Shown one piece after another: positions 1 to 9,491 of a stretch of 61,214 nucleotides of DNA. The notes beneath the pieces are model-generated. The model was given only the letters and a program-made list of their open reading frames with translations. It searched no databases and was not told where the DNA came from. Where the stretch lies: sequence record DRR723986_6707. The stretch is one strand, 5' to 3'. Both the position numbers and the translations under genes were made by a program. How positions within the stretch are numbered: position 1 is the stretch's first letter; every line of letters begins with the position of its first letter.

Positions 1-3000
1 GCGTGTCGCTTGGTAAAGACTTTGAGGTTGTCGATGAACTCTCGGCGCTTTGCGGGTTCGAGGACGTTGAGCATTTTGATTGCGATCACTTCTGCCAACG
101 CAGTTGGGACGTTTTCGCTGCGTAGACCCCAAACAGCATTGGCAAGAGTGTTTGAGTTCACGCCGTCTTGTAAAAAAGCTTCGGCGAAAACGGGTTTGTG
201 AGCTTCATAGACGCCGTCGACTAGCTCCAGCAATTCTTCCGATGTCAATTCGTTAGGCACGGAGGGATAGGGATGGTTCGCATGATGATTAAGAACGCTC
301 GGGGTGATTGCGGAGTAGCCTGAAGTTCGCCCGAGAATTCGCAATCCTCGAAGCGGTAACTGGTGCTCAAGAAGCTGTGCCTCAGTCAAACTTTGAAGCG
401 CTTCAACGATGACTGGTCCGATGTCTTCCTCCGGTGTGTCTCGTGAGAGTTGCAGCCATTTGCTTAGCAACCAAACAGTCCTTCCCGAATGATCGGAACT
501 TGGTTTGTTTGGTCGTTCGTTGAGTGCATCGATCAATCCCTGTATTAGGGTTGCATACATCTCGCCGCCACGGTGTGTGTCTGCAAATTCAAACCACCGA
601 CGCATCCTAGCGGTCAGCACGTTTACTTCGTCGGTCGATTCTGCAACTTCTTTTCTAGCCCTGGTGTCCACCGGTGGGATCCAGTGCATCTCTTGGACGG
701 GAATTCTCGTCTGAGCAATGCGAGTAAGTACAAATTCGATTGTCTTGGATGGCAGTTGGCTTGCGATTGCATAAGAGTAGGTAGACAAATGAATTCGTCG
801 CCAGGTCTGCTCGCGAGCGGATTCGTCAAAATTCAAATCGATTACATGCGGCCAGGATGCAATAGAATCAGCGGAATCGAATGGTGAGAAACGAGTGGGC
901 ATTGGTGCGTCCGCCAACTTCTTGTAGATAGCGACAGCATCTTCATCCTTGAGCGACTGCCGCTTACGTTCAGCGCTAAGCGAGTTTCGCATGGCGATGC
1001 CGCGGGCGGCGTAGACTATCCGCGCGTATGCGTCGGGGTCGTTTGCCATATCCGTTTCAACCATTGCGCGGACGAGCAAGCGGTCTATGGCTTCTTCGGT
1101 TCCGACACCGGAATAGGAGCCTCTGTGTTTGATTTTTGCAATCGCGGTCAGTGCTTCAATTGGATCTGGTGCCGACTCCTGCAAGACTTCGAGTGCGGCC
1201 AACTGAACTGTGTTCGTCGCGGTGAGAGCCTGAAACGGGTGACCACCGCTCGATGAAAACTGTGATGGTTGGCTTGCAGATCTACGGAGTGTCGCCAGAA
1301 CTGCCGTTGCGACTTCTGAGGGTTTTTCTTCGATGAGTTTTTGCAGCGCTGTCAGTCTACGCGCTCGACTGATATGCGAACGGTTCAGGAGTGCATTGAC
1401 GATGGCTGTTAGCGGGAAGTCCTCGTTGGGAAGGGCGCGGACCACCATCGACGCTTCCTCGCCCGACCAATGGTGGATCGACGACATCTGGCTGGCGGCG
1501 TCGGAATAGGCGGTTTCATGCTGCTCTAAAGTCGCTCTTGCCCACGCGACGATTGCCCAGTCATCATGAAGCTTGCGGTTTTGTGCGGTTAGGATCGCAG
1601 CCCGATTTCGAACTGCGATGTTCTTGGCAAGCACTTCAAATGCTAGGTTTCTATCAGGAATGGCCTCTAGCCCCGCGCGGGGTTGCGCACAAAGACTTGC
1701 AACTGCATCTAATCGCTTGTCAAGTTGGATGAGTAGATAACTGCCGTCACTGGACGTAGCTACCTGTTCGTAGAATGAGATCGCCGGTGGCTGATCCAAG
1801 CGACTGCCAAGATTGGATAGAAGCAACAAGCAAGCCCGCTGACTCTCCTGCGTACCGGAGTTCAGTTCGTTGTTGATGGCGCGCAGGCCTTCCATTGGGT
1901 ACATCTTCGGAAACCAAGTGGTCAATTCTGCCATGAACCAGCCAGAGAGATCTTCAGAGGTCTGAACGGGCGTCACGCCAATTGAGGTGCTCAGGCCGCG
2001 AGTGCCTATAATCAGACCGCCAAGCTCCCTTGCCGGGATCAGCATTTGCTCGGCCGCACGCAATCGTTCGTCGGGCGTTTCTGCTAGTCGCCCAACAGCC
2101 TGCATCGCCTTGGACAATGTCGCCATGTCGCGGTCTGTTTCAAGCACTTTAAGCCAGTAGTCGAGCGGCTGGTTTTCGAACCTAAGACCGGACGTTTTCG
2201 TCTGGTGAGTGACTGTGCCATCTTCGGCTTGCTGCGAGAAAAACGGGCCAGACAAGGACTCAGCTATCCGATCGCCGTTCTCGTCCGCTCCTTTGCCAAC
2301 AAGCTGGCCGTTTTTATAGATATAACACTGGTCTGCATGGCGGTTCCCGTTGGTGTCAACCTCGCAATATGCTGGAAGCCCATTGGAGAAGTACATCCAA
2401 TGGTCGAGTCTCCTGTTGCCGCTTACGTCGCCAAACCAGCGCAAAACGCGTCCAGTTGGATTGGCAAATAAGAAACCGGATGGTGAGACAGTGTGAAAAG
2501 CTTGAATTCTAGTATTCGGTTCCTTTGTACCAAGCTTCTCGACAACTGCCGAAGGGTAAAGTGCGGGCTGGAAGTCATCGGCTTCGATGGATCTGATCAG
2601 GTTCGGATTCTTAACGACTGATACCCGAGCGCTAGCACCTGGGAGCCAGCTCAGGCCAAACGGGTTACTGCCTCGTGTTTGGGTAGCACCTGGGGAGTCT
2701 TGGTTCGCCCACGGAGTATGCGCGGCGGGCGGCTTGCTTGAGTCGCCTAGTAGTAGACTGTTCTTTGTTGCAGGGGGCTTTTCCGTTCGCCGAGTAATCT
2801 CCACAACCCGCTGATCGCCACGCATTAGGGTGATATCCTCGCCAGCGATTTCGAAGGCGTCGGAATCGGCTCCTTCGATTTCGATCCGGTAACGACCTGA
2901 GCGAAGCCAGACCGAATTCTCTTCTCCGCGTTCAATGCGTAGTCGTTGGACCAGTTCCTCGCCTTGTGTAACTCGTACGGCGATGGAAGGCTCATCGCTT

Positions 3001-4358
3001 TCGACGATCAAGGTTCCGCGGTCGGTTTGGATCATCAGCACGATTCCAGCGACAAAAGCGAGCGGCACGCCTGCGGCTGCAAGCCACTTCCAAGGCCTCC
3101 ACTTTCGTGCAGTCGACGAAGCCGAAAGGTTCGGCAATGCGGTCATGCCGGTTGGAAGTGCGTCTTGCGTGTCAGGCTCGAGTAAGGCGGCTCGAATCAT
3201 CGATTTCGCGGCTTCAGCATTCGAAAACCGCTCCAGTGCAGATGCAACCGATTGCGCAGATTCCGGTCGCTTGGCGGGATCAGGTGATATCATCGAATCG
3301 ACCAACTGGCACAGTTCAGGCTGCAAATCGGGGCGTAGGGTGAGAAGCGGTGGTGCAGGGTCGTCTGAAATGGCTCGAATCGTCTGTGCTAGATTTTCAC
3401 CACTTCCGTAAGGTGCTTTGCCGGACAGCAAACGGAACAGAGTCGCACCCAGAGAATACACGTCGCTGCGAGAGTCGGCGGCTCGTGCGTCGTTTAGTTG
3501 TTCGCGAGGCATATAGGGCAGAGTGCCCATAAGGTGTCCGACGGTTGTCAGCCGTCCGTCGCTTGCCAGTGGTGACTGGCCACCAATGACGAGTCCGAGG
3601 TCCAGGATCTTGACGATGCCATCGGTTGTTAGGAACAGGTTCGACGGCTTTATGTCCCGATGCACCAAGCCTGCGTCATGAATGGCACCCAGGCCGAGGG
3701 CCGCTTGTCGAATGATATCACACGCGGCAGGTGTGCTAATCTCGCCGCAGCGTCGTGCAGCTCGGCTGACATCCAGCCCTTCAAGGTGTTCCATCACCAA
3801 GTAGTGCCAGTCGTGTTCTTCGCCAGCATCAAGGGCTCTGACGACATTGGTATGTTCAAGAGCTGCAATTGCGGTCATTTCGCGGTTGAAGCGGTCCAAC
3901 CAACCCTCGCGCTCAGCTTTTTCGCGCGGCAACAGTTTAATCGCGACTCTCCGACGCAGCCGTTGGTGTTGGCCAAGATATACGGCTCCCATTCCCCCAA
4001 TGCCGATGGTTCGCTCCAGTTTGTATGGCCCGATCTTGGTGAATGGCAGGGGCTCGTCAACTTTGCTCTCAGTCTTTCCGCCCGGTTGCTTCGACTGGCT
4101 GACCAGCAGATTGGCCACCATCGCTTGACACTCCGCCTCCCATTCCACGTCATCTTGGTTGGCGTTGTTAACATGCAGGAGATCCGCGCCGATGCCTACA
4201 GAACTAGCGTCGGCGGTCTCTGACGAGGCGAGTTGAGTGCAGTGTTCACAACTATCGACATGAGCTAACGCGGCGGAAAAACGGTCGGTCGGCAGCTTGC
4301 CGCTCAGCAACTGCGTCAACGTAGCTTTATCAAGGCATTGGTTTTTTTGTGCAATCAT
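1..4358 (-). CDS. Large membrane-anchored Hanks-type Ser/Thr protein kinase with N-terminal zinc-binding (ZAS-like) motif; 3' end runs off the window
   Basis: Hand translation from ATG at 4358 (in-frame TAG just upstream) stays open to base 1. Motifs: HVDSCEHC, IGIGGMGAVY, VAIK, HRDIKPSN, KILDLG, GTLPYMPREQ, SDVYSLG. One TM segment (WLAAAGVPLAFVAGIVLMI) then about 1000 aa more. Absent from the ORF track because no stop lies in the window. Confidence 0.9.
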   Translation of the reverse strand, partial: MIAQKNQCLDKATLTQLLSGKLPTDRFSAALAHVDSCEHCTQLASSETADASSVGIGADLLHVNNANQDDVEWEAECQAMVANLLVSQSKQPGGKTESKVDEPLPFTKIGPYKLERTIGIGGMGAVYLGQHQRLRRRVAIKLLPREKAEREGWLDRFNREMTAIAALEHTNVVRALDAGEEHDWHYLVMEHLEGLDVSRAARRCGEISTPAACDIIRQAALGLGAIHDAGLVHRDIKPSNLFLTTDGIVKILDLGLVIGGQSPLASDGRLTTVGHLMGTLPYMPREQLNDARAADSRSDVYSLGATLFRLLSGKAPYGSGENLAQTIRAISDDPAPPLLTLRPDLQPELCQLVDSMISPDPAKRPESAQSVASALERFSNAEAAKSMIRAALLEPDTQDALPTGMTALPNLSASSTARKWRPWKWLAAAGVPLAFVAGIVLMIQTDRGTLIVESDEPSIAVRVTQGEELVQRLRIERGEENSVWLRSGRYRIEIEGADSDAFEIAGEDITLMRGDQRVVEITRRTEKPPATKNSLLLGDSSKPPAAHTPWANQDSPGATQTRGSNPFGLSWLPGASARVSVVKNPNLIRSIEADDFQPALYPSAVVEKLGTKEPNTRIQAFHTVSPSGFLFANPTGRVLRWFGDVSGNRRLDHWMYFSNGLPAYCEVDTNGNRHADQCYIYKNGQLVGKGADENGDRIAESLSGPFFSQQAEDGTVTHQTKTSGLRFENQPLDYWLKVLETDRDMATLSKAMQAVGRLAETPDERLRAAEQMLIPARELGGLIIGTRGLSTSIGVTPVQTSEDLSGWFMAELTTWFPKMYPMEGLRAINNELNSGTQESQRACLLLLSNLGSRLDQPPAISFYEQVATSSDGSYLLIQLDKRLDAVASLCAQPRAGLEAIPDRNLAFEVLAKNIAVRNRAAILTAQNRKLHDDWAIVAWARATLEQHETAYSDAASQMSSIHHWSGEEASMVVRALPNEDFPLTAIVNALLNRSHISRARRLTALQKLIEEKPSEVATAVLATLRRSASQPSQFSSSGGHPFQALTATNTVQLAALEVLQESAPDPIEALTAIAKIKHRGSYSGVGTEEAIDRLLVRAMVETDMANDPDAYARIVYAARGIAMRNSLSAERKRQSLKDEDAVAIYKKLADAPMPTRFSPFDSADSIASWPHVIDLNFDESAREQTWRRIHLSTYSYAIASQLPSKTIEFVLTRIAQTRIPVQEMHWIPPVDTRARKEVAESTDEVNVLTARMRRWFEFADTHRGGEMYATLIQGLIDALNERPNKPSSDHSGRTVWLLSKWLQLSRDTPEEDIGPVIVEALQSLTEAQLLEHQLPLRGLRILGRTSGYSAITPSVLNHHANHPYPSVPNELTSEELLELVDGVYEAHKPVFAEAFLQDGVNSNTLANAVWGLRSENVPTALAEVIAIKMLNVLEPAKRREFIDNLKVFTKRH

Positions 4359-4676
4359 CTACGTTCTCTCGACATGGTTGAAACAGTCTAGCCATTCGCA
4401 TTGCCTGCTACCTTGATTAACGCAGGCATTGGACACCTGAGCGGGAGAAATTTGAATTTTCTTTTTCAAAGTCGATTTGACCAAGGATTGTCAGCTTAAG
4501 CCTTGGCGAGTGATTGCTGGACGTCGAGTCGCAGCCTGAAGTGGCGGTCATGTGCGGAATGAGTTTTACACGGACTAGCGTGCAACCTGTAACGCCAAAT
4601 TGGCTATGCTATGAGGCACGCGGGGGAGCTTGCCCTACTTGGTAAAGACACAAACTAGCATTGAGCCAATAGAGCC

Positions 4677-5333
4677 TTGAGTGCCACTGACACTTCACCA
4701 CTAACGTCCGCTTCCCTTTTGCTGCGTGCGACGCAAGGCGATGGTGAAGCATGGCAACGCGTTGTTCAGATCTACGCACCGCTCGTTTACAAATGGTGTC
4801 GTCGTTATGGACTTAGCCCAGAGGATGCCGCCGATGTTTCGCAGGAGACCTTCACCAGTCTGACGCAGAAACTGGGAGCCTACGATTCGACTGTCGTCGG
4901 TGCAACGTTTCGTGGTTGGCTCAGGACTGTGACTCGCAATAAGATTGCCGATTTCCACCGGCAGAAGCAGGCCGCTCATGCACGCGGCGGGACAGCCAAC
5001 GTGGCTGCCTTGGCGGACATGGTCGATGTTGCCCCTAGCCTTTCCCGAGCAGACGGTAGCTCAGTTGCCAGCGGTCCAGCAGACGGAGGTCTAGCCAGCC
5101 TTACGCGCGACGCGTCGAGTGACCGGAGTGAGGTCCTTCGGCGTGCGCTGGCGATCCTGCGGCCGAGATTTGAAAAGCAAACTTGGACTGCTTTTTGGCG
5201 AACTACCGTAGATGGTTGTTCGCCAGACGATGTTGCCGACGAGCTGGGCGTTTCTCGTTGGAGTGTCTACAAGGCTCGGTCGCGTGTCCTGCATCGCTTG
5301 CGGCAGGAGTTGGCTGGGCTTGAGGAGTTCTGA
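4677..5333 (+). CDS. ECF-type sigma-70 RNA polymerase sigma factor
   Basis: Sigma2 region (YAPLVYKWCRRYGLSPEDAADVSQETF, FRGWLRTVTRNKIADFHR), sigma4 HTH (VADELGVSRWSVYKARSRVLHRLR) and N-terminal TSASLL. Divergent from the kinase. Confidence 0.92.
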   Translation: MSATDTSPLTSASLLLRATQGDGEAWQRVVQIYAPLVYKWCRRYGLSPEDAADVSQETFTSLTQKLGAYDSTVVGATFRGWLRTVTRNKIADFHRQKQAAHARGGTANVAALADMVDVAPSLSRADGSSVASGPADGGLASLTRDASSDRSEVLRRALAILRPRFEKQTWTAFWRTTVDGCSPDDVADELGVSRWSVYKARSRVLHRLRQELAGLEEF

Positions 5334-5352
5334 ACCAGAAGCGTGAACCGTT

Positions 5353-8300
5353 CTAATGATCATCCAAGATTTGTTCGGCCGAAATTTCAAGCAGCTCGCT
5401 TTGGTGTGTCTTTTTGTTCTTGATGACGTGCACGTAAGTACCCACGTAGGGTTCGGTGACTCGCGCCTTGGCGTCTAGCGGTGCAACAATTAGTAGTTGT
5501 AGGCCGAAGCGGTCGAACAGGTCGAGGGCGTATTCCGCGTGACCATCGTCGCTGCGCGAGAACATTTCATCGACCATGACGAAATGAAATCGGTCGCTGG
5601 ACCGCGAGGACGGATCCAAGTCGTATTGGTAGGCAATGGCTGCAACCAAGACCAGGAAAGCAAGTTTGCCCTTCTCACCACCGGACTGCCCGGTACCGCC
5701 ATCGTAGTAGCTGCGAGCCTCGCCGGTTTCGGCAACAAACTCTCTGGCGGCAAAGTTAAACCAGTTGCGAACGTCCATCACCTTTTGACGCCATCGTTCA
5801 TTGCCATCGTCACGGAACTTGGCAACAAGTTTCTCGATGCGAACGAAGGTTGATTCATTGGCTTCGGGTGTACCGTCTAGCGTGCCTTCAAGGCAATTGG
5901 CCAGGTCGCGTCGGAAGTCCTGGATCTCACGATCTGCCGAATCGCTTGGTTCCAAACGCATGTATGTCCCGCTCTTCCATTCTAGAAGGCGCAGTGCGAT
6001 GTTTAGCTGTTCGATCTTCTGCTTGATGTCATCCCGTTCGTTGCCAAGCGTCGTGTGCAGCATGCCCACTTCGTGCAGAACTTTCTCGTTGAGACGTTGC
6101 TTGAAGCGTGTCTCGTACTTCGGCAGATCATCGGACGCAATTTTACGATACAGTGCAACAAAACTATCCAGTGAAGCCACATCGGAATCCAAGTCAGCTT
6201 GTTCGTCAGGAAACTTCTTGAGGAACTTCGTCATCCCACTGGTGAGTTCTTTGGTGATTGGCTTGAGTCGTTCGGTCTGCTTGTCATAGTCGGCTCGCAA
6301 ACTGCGTTCCGTCTTGGCCTCGAGCGTGGCAATATTCTCGATGCTTAGCGGTTCTTGAATCAGGGGCGAAATTGATTCGAATTCCGATTCATATTCGGAA
6401 CGTCGCCCGTTGGTATCCGTTTGTTCAATCGTCCGACGGGCGTTGTTGAGAAAGCCCTTACCAACTCGCAGTTCTGATTCGCATGTCGTCCGCTCGGCGA
6501 TATGCTGGTCCCGGTCTTGCTGGTGTCCGTCGACTTCTGCCTCAAGTTTTTGGCGGTGGTTCTTGAGTTCCTGGATTTGATCATTGGAGCTCTCTAGTTT
6601 TTCCTTTTCGAGCTTCATTTGTGACGCTTGGAACTCATGTTTTTCGAAGTCGATGGTGTCGTAGTCTTCGACATGCAGGGCTTGGTCCAAGGATTCGATC
6701 GCGGCGCTAGTCTGGTCTACTTCCTTGGTGAGAGAGTTGCTGCGTTCGACCAACTGTTTCAAATCACTTTCCAGCGATCGAACACATTCGGCAAGGGCTA
6801 GACGCTTTTGTTTGTTATCCCATCCCAGCACAAAGCTTCGTCGGTCAGCGGAAAGGGTACGGTCGTCTTTCTGGTGCTTGATGCCACGGGATTTTAGGTG
6901 GCGGTTCTTTGTCATCGCCGCGCCGCGGGCATTGGTAAACTCTTCGATCGTTTCGCAGGCCTCATAATCAAACCGCGAAAGCAGTTCGCCCTCGACCCAC
7001 GGTGTAAGTGAATGTCCAGTGCGGAGGGTGAGCTTATCAACGAGCGATGTCTGTTTGTCCGACAGCAGGTTTTGCAAGTTTGATTGGGGCGAAGAGACAC
7101 GCAAGTAGACCAATCGTTGGCCTCGTCCGAAGTTGTCGGTCAAGCGATTGTGGTCCACGTAGCCGGCAACTTTAGAGTAAACGTCATTGGGTACGAGTAA
7201 GCTTCGGGCGAACCCGTAGAGTACCTGTTCAATTGAGGCTTCCCATTCATGTTCGTCGGGGCGCACGCTGATCAACTCTGCGGCGAAGGGGAGGTCCGAT
7301 GGGGCGAGCCTTAGTGCGTTGCACAGCTCATCCCGCATGGCAATCATCGATTCAGGAAGATTGCTCTTTCGCTTCTCAAGGGCAGCCAACTCGGCACGGT
7401 CGGAGGTCAACCGGCTGGTCAGTGAACCGATTTCGAACTGTATCTGCGAATCTCGCTCGCGCAGCTCTTTCCGTTTCGTAGCAAGCGATTGTTTGTGTTT
7501 TGCAACCGAAAGACGCGTTTTGGAAAACTGATCTGGCGAAGTAATCTTGGGGTTGAGGCCAGCCATCGACAACTGCGACTGAAATCGAGTTCGGGCATCT
7601 AGTTTGACTCGCGTGATTTCTTCGGCTTGAGCGATCAAACCTGGTAGGGCTCGCAGACGGTCACCTCCAGCATTTTCGATCTCAACGTTCAGACGAGCAA
7701 CTTGGTTGCGTTTGTCTTTTTGAAGGTCGTCGAGTCGTCGAATGTTGTCGGTCAGGAACTGAAGTTGTTGTTCCCACTTGGCGAATAGTGGCTCAAGTAG
7801 TTCGGTAATCTTGGTTGCAAAGTAGAAACTGCATGCATCCAGGCGTTTGCGGGCGCTATTCTGCTGCTGGACCCGTTCGTGGTATCGCTGCCCGGCAGCT
7901 TCGATCGGTGCGAGCAGTTCTTCCTGCTGGCGGACACGAACCAACATGCGATGCGCTTCACTCAGCTCACTAAAGTGCGTCAGCAGTCGTTCAACTTTAT
8001 CCTGCCATGGCGTAGCCTCAAGCATGTGCTGGCGGATGAACAAATCGAGCCGCTGCACGTCCTTGACCGCAACGGTTTGGTTAAACACGTCCATAGCCTT
8101 GGCGCGAAATCCGGTCTTTCGCTGTATCCAGTTGAAATACTGCTTATAGCTACTCGCCGTTTGGAAGCCTCGCTCGCGCAACTGTCTGGCGACGCCACCG
8201 GCTTCCAGACCTGATAGATCGTCTACGATCGAACGCTCGTCCTCGGAGTAGGCATAAACTTTCTCGACGGTATTGTCTGACGCTAAATAGAGGACTTGGC

Positions 8301-8790
8301 AGATGGTGAACTTCTTTTGGTTGGTTTCGCAGTGGAAGCTTGCCAAGAGAACGGTGTACTGCCCCTGAGCGCTCCGCAGATATTGGACTTGAGGTCGCCC
8401 GCCTTCGCCAACAATCCTGTCATACGCACCGCGAATGTAAGTTCGCTCGTCGCGCTCGTTCTTGGTGGCACCTGCGGCCACGTTGTAGTTGCGTGTTTGT
8501 GGTCGAACGAGCAGCGTTAGGAGTGCGTCGACCAGTGTGCTCTTTCCGCAGCCGTTTTCCCCGACTAACAACATGGTGTTTCCGCTAGGCTGGACGGAAT
8601 GAACAGCACCGTCGAACGTACCCCAGTTGTAAACTTCTAGTCGGCTGAGGCGAAAACCCGGCAGCTTGGGCGCTTCAGCACCAGGAACGTCTGAAAAGAG
8701 TTCAGACATAGCTTCGGTTTGGATTGATGTAGGTTCAGTTGTCATGCTGGAGTTCGCGGGAATGTGATCAGCGGGTTTGTTCCGTTTCAT
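5353..8790 (-). CDS. jetC: SMC/MukB-like ATPase, Wadjet JetC (MksB-like)
   Basis: LEVYNWGTF start, Walker A GENGCGKST, long coiled coils, signature QSGGEK, Walker B VMVDEMFS. 1145 aa, third gene of an overlapping three-gene operon. Confidence 0.88.
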   Translation of the reverse strand: MKRNKPADHIPANSSMTTEPTSIQTEAMSELFSDVPGAEAPKLPGFRLSRLEVYNWGTFDGAVHSVQPSGNTMLLVGENGCGKSTLVDALLTLLVRPQTRNYNVAAGATKNERDERTYIRGAYDRIVGEGGRPQVQYLRSAQGQYTVLLASFHCETNQKKFTICQVLYLASDNTVEKVYAYSEDERSIVDDLSGLEAGGVARQLRERGFQTASSYKQYFNWIQRKTGFRAKAMDVFNQTVAVKDVQRLDLFIRQHMLEATPWQDKVERLLTHFSELSEAHRMLVRVRQQEELLAPIEAAGQRYHERVQQQNSARKRLDACSFYFATKITELLEPLFAKWEQQLQFLTDNIRRLDDLQKDKRNQVARLNVEIENAGGDRLRALPGLIAQAEEITRVKLDARTRFQSQLSMAGLNPKITSPDQFSKTRLSVAKHKQSLATKRKELRERDSQIQFEIGSLTSRLTSDRAELAALEKRKSNLPESMIAMRDELCNALRLAPSDLPFAAELISVRPDEHEWEASIEQVLYGFARSLLVPNDVYSKVAGYVDHNRLTDNFGRGQRLVYLRVSSPQSNLQNLLSDKQTSLVDKLTLRTGHSLTPWVEGELLSRFDYEACETIEEFTNARGAAMTKNRHLKSRGIKHQKDDRTLSADRRSFVLGWDNKQKRLALAECVRSLESDLKQLVERSNSLTKEVDQTSAAIESLDQALHVEDYDTIDFEKHEFQASQMKLEKEKLESSNDQIQELKNHRQKLEAEVDGHQQDRDQHIAERTTCESELRVGKGFLNNARRTIEQTDTNGRRSEYESEFESISPLIQEPLSIENIATLEAKTERSLRADYDKQTERLKPITKELTSGMTKFLKKFPDEQADLDSDVASLDSFVALYRKIASDDLPKYETRFKQRLNEKVLHEVGMLHTTLGNERDDIKQKIEQLNIALRLLEWKSGTYMRLEPSDSADREIQDFRRDLANCLEGTLDGTPEANESTFVRIEKLVAKFRDDGNERWRQKVMDVRNWFNFAAREFVAETGEARSYYDGGTGQSGGEKGKLAFLVLVAAIAYQYDLDPSSRSSDRFHFVMVDEMFSRSDDGHAEYALDLFDRFGLQLLIVAPLDAKARVTEPYVGTYVHVIKNKKTHQSELLEISAEQILDDH

Positions 8791-9491
8791 GCGTCGATCG
8801 GGGGTGATGTTTCCGACGACGCAGCAGAGGATGAGTCCGTCGACGTGGTCGCTTTCACTGCGCCGGCAAGGCTTTGGCGTAGGTTTTCGAGCTCGGACAA
8901 TGGCAATCGTGCTTTAATGATTCGCCGGATTTCCCAACTGGCAGGGCTTTTCTCGAATTGTCGAACGAACTTGAGCTCTTCCAGTTTTCGCAAGGATGCA
9001 GAAATCTGCCGGTTCAGTTTGACGTCATCCTGTTCGGCGAAAAAGTTGCGCCAGAGCTCAAGCAAGTCGCTCTGTGTGATTACGCACTTGTCGTTGTTCA
9101 GGTCTTCTTCTTCGAACAGCCGCATCTGATCGCGCAGAAGCACACACATCAGCGTCGCGTCGTAGCTGAGTTGGCTGCGGCGGAACAGTCGAGGGACGCC
9201 CTGATGTTCTGGCGGCAACTCTTCTTCGTCCGGCTGACGCAGGTAGGCCATCGCGGTCGTCTCATCGACGACTAATTGCAAGCCCAGCTTGGCAAAGAAC
9301 TCTGTCAGCGGTGAAACATTGCGCAGAAGGGCTTCCCAAAGTTGGAAGTTGTCATCGTTGTAGACAACTCCTTGCAGCAAACGCACGGCGGCAGGACTCC
9401 ACTCTGCTGGCTGGGGGAAGTCGCAGTTCTGGCCGCTGGCCAACTGTGTATCTGCGTCGGTAGATAAGCCTTTGTTGATGATGTCACTCAT
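8787..9491 (-). CDS. jetB: Wadjet JetB (DUF4194/MksE-like KITE subunit)
   Basis: LLQGVVY...W..L, LGLQLVVDE..AMAYLRQ, PRLFRRSQLSYDATLMCVLLR, LRKLEELKFVR...WEIRRIIKARL resemble DUF4194. 4-bp overlaps with both neighbours. Confidence 0.85.
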   Translation of the reverse strand: MSDIINKGLSTDADTQLASGQNCDFPQPAEWSPAAVRLLQGVVYNDDNFQLWEALLRNVSPLTEFFAKLGLQLVVDETTAMAYLRQPDEEELPPEHQGVPRLFRRSQLSYDATLMCVLLRDQMRLFEEEDLNNDKCVITQSDLLELWRNFFAEQDDVKLNRQISASLRKLEELKFVRQFEKSPASWEIRRIIKARLPLSELENLRQSLAGAVKATTSTDSSSAASSETSPPIDA

